A stretch of 64,000 nucleotides of DNA from Priapulus caudatus (lineage: Eukaryota), in assembly GCF_000485595.1 (NCBI RefSeq), contig NW_014577070.1, positions 175,657 through 239,656 of the forward strand. Reading direction: 5' to 3'. The translations under genes were made by a program, and so were the position numbers. Below, one piece after another: positions 37,401 to 49,700 of the stretch. Numbering within the stretch: position 1 is the first letter of the stretch; each line of letters opens with the position of its first letter. The notes beneath the pieces are model-generated. The model was not told where the DNA came from. It saw only the letters and a list, made by a program, of their open reading frames with translations, and did not search any database.

Positions 37401-40400
37401 GTATTAATGAGTTGATTTCAAGACAGTGATTTCTCTATGTAAATGTTAGTTGATACTAAGTACTTTATTTTCTTACAGTTTAGCAGAAGAAAGATTACAG
37501 GTCAGTTTGACCATCCTTGCAAATCTGACAAGTAACTACAAGGTTGCAAGCACATGTATAAAGAAACTGGTTAGTAACATGAAAGTAAAGTTCATGCCAT
37601 ATTTTTGTTTGTGTCTTGCCTAATCATGGTGCCTATGACTTTGTGGTATACTGAGTGTGTAAAACAGTAAAGCTTAATAAGCCAACAAGTTTCACATAAA
37701 CTATTATAGCTTACAATTTTATTCTGTTTAGATTCCAATTATTATCAATTACTGCTGCAGAAGAATTGTTGCGCAAAATATGATTCCTCTTTCATTTCAG
37801 GGAAACAGCAGAGCAGTGATTAAGAAGTTAATTATCCTCCTATCAAATCAGCCAAGCTTTCTGGTCGTTCTTGCACAGTCCATATTGACAAACGTTTGTT
37901 TGTGCTATCCGGAGCTTGGTGAAACGGTAAAGATGAGATTTTCTATTTCACATTTTTCTGAAAATTTGATTCTGTAGGTTAGTTTAGTAATGCACTCTAG
38001 GTACTCTACATCATTGAAATCTCCTCCATTTTAAATATTCATATCAAGTTATCCTTTGATCAATCTATTTACATTGATTGTGTGCTTACATAATATATAA
38101 TATATTGAACCTGTGTGTATATAACATGTGGTGTAACTGTATGTCGTAAATGAGCCTGTGTGTGTTTAATCGCTGGTGTAACTATATGTCGTAAATGAGC
38201 CTGTGTGTGTTTAATCGCTGGTGTAACTATATAACATGAACCTGCCTGTGTGTATATAAGCTATGGTGTAATTGTATAACATGAACCAACTTGTGTGCAA
38301 ATAATCTATGGTGCGACTTTATAACATGAACCGGCCTGTGTGTGTATATAACCTGTGGTGTAACTGTATTACATAAACCGGCTTGTGTGTATATAATCTG
38401 TGGTGTAACGTCGTATGTTTCCGCAGTGGTTCAGAACGAGCCGTAACGTCGGTCAGACCGTGCAGATAGTATTCAACGTGGTTCTGCGTGGCGACAATGA
38501 GCCAGAGCTGCAGCACTACGCCGTAGACCTGTTCATGACCGTGCTGCGCTCGAACAACCTCCGCCACTACCTGGACACAGCCACGTGAGTAGCTCACACA
38601 CTACCTGCTACTTAGGTTTGCAGTTAAACAGTTTGTCTCAAGTCACTGACCGTTTGTGCCCCTAAGGAACTTCAAGTGAATAGGATATACTAATCTGCAC
38701 GCATAGTATAATCAGGTGTGTCATCAGTGCTCGTGCTGTTCGTAACGTAGATATAGTGTGAGCAAATAGTGGCTAGACCTTAAGAACTGCATATATTAAA
38801 ATGAAATCATGAACTACGTTTTGAAGCCAAGTTTGTCATTATGTGAGAACATATTTTGGTGTGGTTAAGTAGGAATTCTTAGTGTAGATCAGTTCTATTA
38901 TTTTGTTTGCAGTCCAGAGCATATTTCTCATTGTTTGGATGAGGCAACTCGTAGGCTTTCATCTCTGCCACATGATTCTGCCACGAGAGTGAGTTGTTGT
39001 TTATTACCTGCTTAGATACTCTGAGACAAATTTGTGTGTAAATTCTATAATGATGGATTGAACTCATTCAAGATTTAAGAAAACAATTAATCATTACTGG
39101 AATTTATAAAATAAGTTATAGTTCTTATAAAAAAATGAATTAGCTGTTGTGAGATTTTATCATTTGGATAGTAATGTCAACTTAATGCAGTAACAGGAGG
39201 CAAGTAACAGAGATAATCAGTGCAGTGCTAGGTAGAGTTGCAAAATTTCATGAGATGGCCATTAGTCGATACTAATCTTTCATTTCTAACGTGGCATTAA
39301 TGGCTTTGGCCATAGCCTAAAATGATTTCTTATTGGGTTATTTTACTGTTGCACCAGGCCAGATCTCCTAGTATGTCTCAATATGTGGGGATTCTCCCTC
39401 TCGGTGAATTCTGCATGGGTATTTCTAGATGTAGTTGTAACCCTTACCGACGTTCTGTGAGAAAGCTATAATTTAACATTGGTTTATTACGGGTTGTTAT
39501 CTCCTGAATTTTTTTCTCTTTAGGTACTACAGCTACTATTAGCTCTTTGTGAACTAAAAGCTTCAAGAGAATATCTGTACAAGATATTTGGTGTATCTGG
39601 TCAGAAGCAAGACCTCACACTCACTCCGTTAGTGAGCCTGATTTCGCTCGCCTCTGACCCTAGTGCTAGTACCTGTGACAACACATCTCTATTGGCCTTG
39701 GACATGTTGCGAAAACTCATGAAGGTTTGATATTAATAATACAACAATTATTGTGTGTGTAAATGACACTTAAAAACATGACAGAAATGACAGTTTGGTT
39801 TCTGCAATGTGCTAGTGAACGTGTAAGATTGGACTGACTATGGTGCTTTCAACTGTTCTAATAGTCAGACGAATTTGTTTCGTTTTCTAGGAAGCTTGTA
39901 AAAAACCTTCCAGAATGCACTCGTCCCTTTTTCAGTCAAGTTAGCATTCTCTGCACAGCGCTGATGGCAAATGCAGTTGCAAGCTCTCCAAGTTGGCAGA
40001 GCTGTATACGTCTACTGCTGTTACTGCTCATGATATCCTTGTAAAGAAATATTGACAATAACTGTGTTACACAACTATTGATTATGTAGAATGATGTTAT
40101 TCTATCACCTCTGTCTTTTTGCATGCACATGGTAATTTAAAATCGTTTGCAAGTAGACAACCTCGAGAATTGTGCAATTTTAATTTTTATGTTGCTGTAA
40201 AATATATGAATCAATCAAATGCACAACTTGGACTTTTATGATGTTCTTCTTGACAATGTTACATCTCTGGTCATCAGGCAATGCTGAGTTGCAGGAGTTA
40301 TAAGAATAATGTGCAGCTAGAACCACTAGATAGACTGGTCACTGTCCAGTTGGATGACCACCAGAGGGCAGGAGGTGACACTCATAACTGTGAACCAGTG

Positions 40401-40710
40401 CAAGGAGCTGACATAGTCATCTATGCTTGCGACTTCTACAGTTGATAGAGAGAGAAGACACGATTCATAGCTACATGCAGGTAGAAGTCTGCCACTATCT
40501 AAATGATAACTGAAAATAAGGCTAAACACGATTCTTTCTGTATTTGTGACCATGTATGTGTAAAGAAGTAGAGAAATGAAATTAACTTTGATCATTGGCT
40601 TAAGATCTTTCTCTTCTTACTAGTTCTTGGTAATTGTGTGTAACACTTGGGTTTAGGAGAAATGAACAAAAGTGTTTGAATTCCAACAGTATCTGTATAT
40701 ATATATATAG

Positions 40711-40743
<33 letters not shown>

Positions 40744-43700
40744 CAGTGTATTCTAGTATTATTCTTGTTATTATTGTTGTTATTTTCATGAATTGACTTG
40801 CTGCTGCATATAGGATCAAAGGATAGCAGAAGTGCTAGGAATGAGCCTGATAGGAGGCAGCACAGAGTCAGCCAGTGCAGCTCTTTACTTACTCCAATCA
40901 GCCATCAGCCGCAGTGCAAAGGTATAATAAGAAAAAGTCTATCAAAATAGTGTGGGACAACGGCCGGGTGTGCCTCATTGCTATTTCTGTTTAGTACTGC
41001 AGGTCTAACTATCAAATCATGGCCTGAACTTGATTATGGGTGTACTGCTGTGTGAAGTGGAATTGCCTACAAATACACAAATACTTCCATAATACTTTTT
41101 ATGTTTGTAGGAGATTTGAAATAAAGTCGCCCTCTTACAAGAGGAAATAACGAGATGAAAATTTAGTAGCAATAGTCTAGCTGGAAGGGACTATTGAACT
41201 GTAAAATGTGTCACTCTGTTAAATACAGAGATGCAGACATGAAATACTGACCAACTAGGATTACATTTCAGATTTCCCTCAACTAATATCGTTGTTGTGT
41301 TTTTTGGTTTTTAGTCTGGCTGAGCAGTTGTCACGCATGGAAGCCAAGCGAAGACAGATGCTAACGATGTAGGCAAAGGAACCTTGCCAGCATTGGGCAG
41401 TGGTGACCTTACACAGAAATTTGAGAAACTAGCTGTAAGCAGATATAGAGGGTACCACTAGCTGTGACTTATAACGTACAATACACCTGATAATACAGTA
41501 CACAATCTATTATCTGAAATTCTGAAAACGCGAAAGCTCCGAAAACGCAAAAGCTTTTTCGTGGATGTCGTCTGCACACCAAAGTCGCGTGTGGTGCCAA
41601 AACTCGACCCGACGATTATTAATGTGTTTGGCATTCATTATCATTACATATTGTACTGTACCAGTAACGCACTTGGTCTCTTGAAAACTTGGGTTTTAGA
41701 ATTGGTTAGTCACAGAATATATGGTATGTATATCTATCTGTACTGTACTACCATTCCGAAATCCGAAAAATTTCGAATTTCGAAACGTGTCAGGTCCCAA
41801 GGGTTTCGATAATAATAATAGATTGTGTGTACTGTACCTACCTAATTGTACAGATGGTTAAAGAAATTTTACCTAATAGCAGTGGTAGTAACAGGTGCTG
41901 CTAGCTAATTGAAATTGACTGGGAAATATTAGGGGTTACAATGCCAAATTATATGTTTTAGCTCAGCTGACGAAGTCAGATCTCCCGCACCAAACACAGG
42001 AGCATTACCGACATCTTTTCCTCAAGCCTCGGCCGGCAAACACGGGAAACAAGGAAGGAACAGTTTAACAATACAACCAAGATGGAAGGAACAAAATCCT
42101 ACTTATAAATCAACGTGCCTACATACATCGGGCACTCCCGGACTATCACACACAACCGAACTGGGAAAAGGTAATCGACCCACATAACACACTGGTCTAG
42201 ATTCATCAATTGGCGTAGCAATTACCACGGTAAGCATATACACGCGCCTATTTAAACGTTGTCGCGGATAAATCGGTGTATATTTGTGATAATTATACAG
42301 AAATGAAGGTCTGCACAGTAAAGAAATATAGTGGGATTGCTAAATTAAGAATAAAGGTCGCAACTGTTAAATTTTAAAATATCGAACTTTGGCCGTGAGA
42401 AATTCGAATCGCGACAGCACCGGCAATACTCACAGTATCCTTCGTCGAGACGAAACACAATCAGTTAGGAAGCACTGGGAACCAACAAGTCGAAACCTGC
42501 TGTTCAGGCAGAGATAAGCATGATGCAATTGTCGAGATAGCAATGAATCGATATTGCACGTACAGAATGCGAGATATTGTCGAGATAGCAATGTAGATCG
42601 ATAAGTACAAATAAGCAGTAATGCAAGACATTGCGAGATAGAAATGAGATTGATATTGCAAGATAGCAATGATCAAGAAGCAGTAATGTGAGAAATTACC
42701 GAGATAGGCAATGAGATCGATAAGTGCAAAGATAGCAGTAATGCAAGACATTCAGAGATAGAAATGAGATTGATATTGCAAGATAGCAAGATGCAAGAGT
42801 AGCAGTAATATGAGAATATTACCAGCAGATAGCAATGAATCGAAATAAGTGGGCAAGATAGCCAGTAAGCCAAGAATTGCCGAAATAGAAATGAGATTGA
42901 TATGTAAGATAGCAATGAATGCAAGATAGCAGTAATCGAGATATTACCGAGAATAGCAATGAGATTGATATTGCAAGGGAGCAGTAAGTGAATTGGGCGA
43001 GATAGCAAATGAGATCGATATATTCGCAAAATGATATAATGCAACATAGTGCTCGAGGTAGCAATGAGATTGATATTTGTAATATAGCAAATGATCAAAA
43101 TGCTGAGNNNNNNNNNNNNNNNNNNNNNNNNNGAATAAAAACCCCTCACCAGCGCGAAATTGGAGGTCACAGGTCAAAGGGCAGTGGGGAAAGTCAGATA
43201 TCAGACATTTTTGAGGACATGGTCTAACGACCGAGTGCAAAACTTTTGTTTCAGTGCTGACCTACCATTTCTATCACTTTATTGAAAGGACCATGAAATG
43301 TACTTTCTGCTGACGTGCGAAGAATAAGTGTCTGATAACCTTTGACGCCTCAAAGAAGGAGGGTTAAACACGGATTTGTTGACTGTTAACAAAGGACTGA
43401 ACTGCTTTTGCTATGAGCCCCCTCCCCCCACCCTCCCCCACTACCACCACTACGCTCGCGCTCGACGCATATCCATGATAACATGTTAATATAGCGAAGT
43501 CATTAAAGTTACACAGCTGTATCTTTATTATTGTACTATCGGTATAGCAAAGCGTATCATAGATTTTAGATCTGTATTAGTAGTATCCTAGATATCTGCT
43601 CTGAGCGTGAACGCGGTGGCGGGAGGGCGCACTTGATTCGGTTGCCAGTGAGTTTATCATAAGAATACCCGGCTACAGTACACATCAGTTGAGCACTGTC

Positions 43701-46700
43701 GCTCTGCGGCACTTGTTATCATCTAAACAAGCTATCAATTAATCTTTGCAGGTAACAGGCAATCCTGAGAACGGCAGTATTGAATACGTTGCATCACTAA
43801 TGGTAAGTGTAGTATTGGCAGCTAACAACAGTACTTTTTTCCTCGTGCAGTGTTTTCACTTGATTTCTTGTGACACTGATCTGTGCTTATCGTGTACGTC
43901 GCAGGCAAGAATAGGCCAGTTAGAGACTGATGCTGACATCACAAACAGTTCGCTGCAGTCAATGAGCAAGTTAGTCGAAACATACAGACGGAAAGAAGCA
44001 CTGGCCAGGGCTGAGGTACGAGTCAACTAATCTTTTGTTTGCTTGTCTTCGTAATGTGAAGGGAGGAAAACTGAATAATCTAAGTTGTTCTTATATGATA
44101 TACATACTGTCAACACTGCATATAAGGGTTAATAAAGGGAAACACCAAAAGTGACCTTCATAGACATGTGTCCATTCTATATAGGGAAATTTGCTGTATA
44201 ACTGCTATTCAGGAGCAGAAGTGTCCCTTATAGACCGCTGTCCATTCTAGAAAGATATCTGCTAACACAGTACAGTGTTGACTGTACTTTTGTATTTTGT
44301 GACTTTTCACACTTGCCTGCCTTTTAATAGAAAATTTTAGAGTATGACTACATCACGATATGGTGTTCAGGACAATATTGCTAGGTTTGTCTGCATGCAT
44401 CATCACGTCAAATAATTGATAATACGAATGCTCCATCAAATAACGGATGTCTATAGTCACTAACAGTGCTCAAATTTCACCATGGCTCTGACAGCGATTG
44501 CTGTGGTTGCCCTCATTACTTCCTTTATTCCCTTATATATTGGGTGCATATCCCTTCGAGTCCAACAGTGTTGATAAAATGGTACTAACTTTGGGTACCC
44601 CTGTAAAGGAAATGCTTGCTTTGGAAACCCTCTTGCAAGGGGAAGTGTTTGTCATTGTGTATCTTTCCGTGATGCTCTACCAGTTAAATCCACGTTAGCA
44701 CTTGTCTTGTCCTAAAGAATTATATATACATATAGATACTCGCTTACTATATCCCGTTTGTCTCGCAATGGGTGGTCCAAAAGATAATAGAAGAACACGA
44801 CGTTTCGTGCGCTACTGCGACACTTCGTCAGGTGATGCGGCGACGTTGCGCGTGAGGTTATATATATCCCCCGGTTGGATTGAGCGGTACAACTGCTGGA
44901 CAGGCGCTGCTGTGATTGGCGGTCTGACGCATGATGTTTCTTGCGCCGTGCCCGGCCGGCTGGCGCCTGCAAGTTCCCGCGTCGAAATCGTCTGGCTAGC
45001 GTTGGCTGTAATCTCACCTGTTGTGGGTCATTATTTTCATGAATTGACTTGCTGCTGCATATAGGATCAAAGGATAGCAGAAGTGCTAGGAATGGGTCTG
45101 ATAGGCGGCAGCACAGAGTCAGCGAGTGCAGCTCTTTACTTACTCCAATCAGCCATCAGTCCAGTGCAAAGGTATAATAAGAAAAAGTCTATCAAAATAG
45201 TGTGGGACAGAGCCGGGTGTGCCTCATTGCTATTTCTGTTTAGTACTGCAGGGTCTAACTATCAAATCGTGGCCTGAACTTGATTATGGGTGTACTGCTG
45301 TGTGAAGTGGAATTGCCTACACTGTTCTTGTACCTTCTTGCTCATGTGCAAGCTTGCGATGTAAGTGGCAATGGTTGAACGTATGAGAGCACGTGAGATC
45401 ACCTACAATATGTATAGTTGTCAAATACTTCCATAATACTTTTTATGTTTGTAGGAGATCTGAAATAAAGTCGCCTTCTTACAAGACGAAATAACGAGAT
45501 GAAGATTTAGTAGCAATAGTCTAGCTGGAAGGGACTATTTAACTGTAAAATGTGTCACTCTGTTAAATACAAGAGATGCAGACATGAAATACTGACCAAC
45601 TAGGATTACATTTCAGATTTCCCTCAACTAATATCGTTGTTGTGTTTTTTGGTTTTTAGTCTGGCTGAGCAGTTGTCACGCATGGAAGCCAAGCGAAAGA
45701 CAGATGCTAACGATGTAGGCAAAGGAACCTTGCCAGCATTGGGCAGTGGTGACCTTACACAGAAATTTGAGAAACTAGCTGTAAGCAGATATCAGAGGGT
45801 ACCACTAGCTGTGACTTATAACGTACAATACACCTGATAATACAGTACACAATCTATTATCTGAAATTCTGAAAACCGAAAAGCTCCGAAAACCAAAAGC
45901 TTTTTCGTGGATGTCGTCTGCACACCAAAGCTCGCGTGTGGTGCCAAAACTCGATCCGACGATTATTAATGTGTTTGGCATTCATTACTCATACATATTG
46001 TACTGTACCAGTACAGCACTTGGTCTCTTGAAAACTTGGGTTTTAGAATTGGTTAGTCACAGAATATATGGTATGTATATCTATCTGTACTGTACTACCA
46101 TTCCGAAATCCGAAAAATTTCGAATTTCGAAACGTGTCAGGTCCCAAGGGTTTCGGATAATAATAATAGATTGTGTGTACTGTACCTACCTAATTGTACA
46201 GATGGTTAAAGAAATTTTACCTAATAGCAGTGGTAGTAACAGGTGCTGCTAGCTAATTGAAATTGACTGGGAAATATTAGGGGTTACAAGTGCAAATTAT
46301 ATGTATTTAGCTCAGCTGACGAAGTCAGATGCAGCTTGTAGAATTGCATGATTGTCCGTGCGTCCGTTCGTGCGTCTGTCCGTGCGTCAACAGTTGGGCA
46401 CAAATCTTAACCGCTTGACGTACGGTCTGGATATTCAGAACGTCGGGGGGGGGGACTCGGGATGTCGAATTTGGGGGTCAAAGGTCAAGATGTGTCAATA
46501 GAGGGGGAATATTCCCCCCTTAACTTAAGGTATAGGAGGAAATACGGAATTGCGGCACAAATATCAACGGCTCGACCTACGCTCTTAATATTTGATGTAT
46601 AGTGTGCGTGGGAGGAAACCCCCACCAGGCGCGAAATTGGAGGTCACAGGTCAAAGGGCAGTGGGGGAAAGGCAGATATCAGACATTTCTGAGGACATGG

Positions 46701-49700
46701 TCTAACGACCGACGTGCAAAACTTTTTTGTTCAGTGCTGACCTACCATTTCTATCACTTTATTGAAAGACCATGAAATGTACTTTCTGCTGACGTGCGAA
46801 GAATAAGTGTCTGATAACCTTTTGACCCTCAAGAGAGGGTTAAACATGGATTTGTTGACTGTTAAAAAAGGACTGAACTGCTTTTGCTATTTGAGCCTCT
46901 CCCCCCTGCCCCCACCCTCCCACCACCACCACTACGCTCCGCGCTCGACGCATATCCATGATAACATGTTAATATAGCGAAGTCATTAAAGTTACACAGC
47001 TGTATCTTTATTATTTACTATCGTATAGCAAGCGTATCATAGATTTTAGATCTGTATTAGTAGTATCCTAGATATCTGCTCTGAGCGTGAACGCGGTGGC
47101 GGAGGGCGCACTTGATCGGTTGCCAGTGAGATTATCATAAGAATACCCGGCTACAGTACACATCAGTTAGCACTGTCGCTCTGCGGCACTTGTTATCATC
47201 TAAAACAAGCTATCAATTAATCTTTGCAGGTAACAGGCAATCCTGAGAACGGCAGTATTGAATACGTTGCATCACTAATGGTAAGTGTAGTATTGGCAGC
47301 TAACAACAGGTACTTTTTTTCCTCGTGCAGTGTTTTCCACTTGATTTCTTGTGACACTGATCTGTGCTTATCGTGTACGTCGCAGGCAAGAATAGCGCCA
47401 GTTAGAGACTGATTGCTGACATTCACAAACAGTTCGCTGCAGTCAATGAGCAAGTTAGTCGAAACATACAGACGGAAAGAAGCACTGGCCAGGGCTGAGG
47501 TACGAGTCAACTAATCTTTTGTTTGCTTTCTTCGTAATGTGAAGGGAGGAAAACTGAATAATCTAAGTTGTTCTTATATGATATACATACTGTCAACACT
47601 GCATATAAGGTTACTAAAGGGAAACACCAAAAGTGACTTCATAGACATGTGTCCATTCTATATAGGGAAATTTGCTGTATAACTGCTATTCAGGAGCAGA
47701 AGTGTCTCTTATAGACCGCTGTCCATTCTAGAAAGATATCTGCTAACACAGTACAGTGTTGACTGTACTTTTGTATTTTGTGACCTTTCACACTTGCCTG
47801 CCTTTTAATAGAAAATTTTAGAGATGACTACATCACGATATGGTGTTCAGCGACAATATTGCTAGGTTTGTCTGCATGCATCATCACGTCAAATAATTGA
47901 TAATACGAATGCTCCATCAAATAACGGATGTCTATAGTCACTAAACAGTCTCAAATTTCACCATGGCTCTGACAGCGATTGCTGTGGTTGCCCTCATACT
48001 TCCTTTATTCCCTTATATATTGGGTGCATACCCTTCGAGTCCAACAGTGTGATAAAATGGTACTAACTTTGGGTACCCCTGTAAGGAANNNNNNNNNNNN
48101 NNNNNNNNNNNNNNNNNNNNNNNNNNNNNNNNNNNNNNNNNNNNNNNNNNNNNNNNNNNNNNNNNNNNNNNNNNNNNNNNNNNNNNNNNNNNNNNNNNNN
48201 NNNNNNNNNNNNNNNNNNNNNNNNNNNNNNNNNNNNNNNNNNNNNNNNNNNNNNNNNNNNNNNNNNNNNNNNNNNNNNNNNGTCTGAGCGGAACACGGTC
48301 CGAATGCCATGGTTCTCTAGGCGGCGTTTCAGCTGCTGGGAGATTCCGTCTATGAAGGGTAAGACCGTAAACGTCTTATAAACCTTCGGCTCCTTAGGTT
48401 GTGAAGTTTTTTTGGTTGAACTATGGATGAAACGGCGTGGGTACCCGTTCTTACCTAGGGCATCCCGGACGTGTGCCCGCTCATTGCTTGTCTGTTGTGG
48501 GCTGGAAACTATGCGTTCCGCTCTGTCAAAAAGACATTTCACTAGGCCTCTCTTCACAGAGATGGGGTGATGCGAATCAAACGGTATGTATTGGTCTGTG
48601 TGAGTGGGCTTCCTGTAGACTGAGGTGGACAGCCCGCCGTTGTCCGACGTTGCGCGTGAGGTTATATATATCCCCCGGTTGGATTGAGCGGTACAACTGC
48701 TGGACAGGCGCTGCTGTGATTGGCGGTCTGACGCATGATGTTTCTTGCGCCGTGCCCGGCCGGCTGGCACCTGCAAGTTCCCGCGTCGAAATCGTCTGGC
48801 TAGCGTTGGCTGTAATCTCACCTGTTGTGGGTCTGCCGTCGTTTGCTATCGTAACGTGTGATTCATGGCGGCGTATCGTTGACATCCAGAAATTGGATTA
48901 CGGTGGAAAAAATTGGATTGGAAGAAATTGGATTACGGTGGTTAAAATTGGATTGTCAGGTGATGCGGCTGCGCTACTGCGACACTTCTGAAACGTCGTG
49001 TTCTTCTATTATCTTTTGGACCACCCATTGCGAGACAAACGGGATATAGTAAGCGAGTTTCATTTCAGCAATGGATAATATTTTTAACCTTACATATAGA
49101 TATATATATATATTATAATATATTATGGATTTAAATTCGACCCCTCACCAACACACTGCATGCGCTGCGGTGTATTCGCTTACAGGTGCGGCAGCTTGGC
49201 ATCCAGTTGGAGACCCTGCAGCAGCAGATGCAGGCAGAAGCGTCACTGCTGGAGGAAGCCAGGCATGACCTGAAGGTGTTCCGGCAGGAGGTCGAGAAGC
49301 TGGAAGCCATGAACGCTCAGCTGGAGACGGAAAAAGAAGAACTGGAAGAAGCTGCTGCCAAAAGAACATTGAAGTATGTTGGTCAATGATTTGCCTCACG
49401 TCCCTTAATTCCGTCTGCCGTTTATTCTCCTAGCCATGTAGTTTATTTATTCCAGTTATTTGCTTCCCCATTTGTCACGTATCAATTCCCACTAATATTT
49501 TCCATGTTTCTTGATTGATTTTATTTCCATATCCTTCCCAGTTCACTTAACTAAAACAACTTGCCTACAGCCACTTTTTACCAGAATTCTTTCCCTACAT
49601 CCAATCTCCTAATATTTTCCGACTCGACATGCATATCCATCCTTTCCTCTCTTAAATAAAATATTTTGTGTAAAGCCGATTATTTCTCTCTGCACTATGT

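Larger units (their letters stand above)
40780..48088 (+). other. Tandem duplication of CIP2A exons 12-15 region (40780-44609 vs 45031-48088)
   Basis: Two near-identical copies differing by a few SNPs, a ~100-bp indel and many 1-nt indels, adjacent to N gaps. Likely two haplotypes or gap-fill overlap. Confidence 0.8.

Noticed and set aside
46305..46340. CTGACGA as another hammerhead core (also 8743, 12496, 16933, 41966)
   Set aside because: No stem II-GAAA-NUH geometry. The 41966/46316 motif is the terminal hairpin of a Helentron-like repeat.
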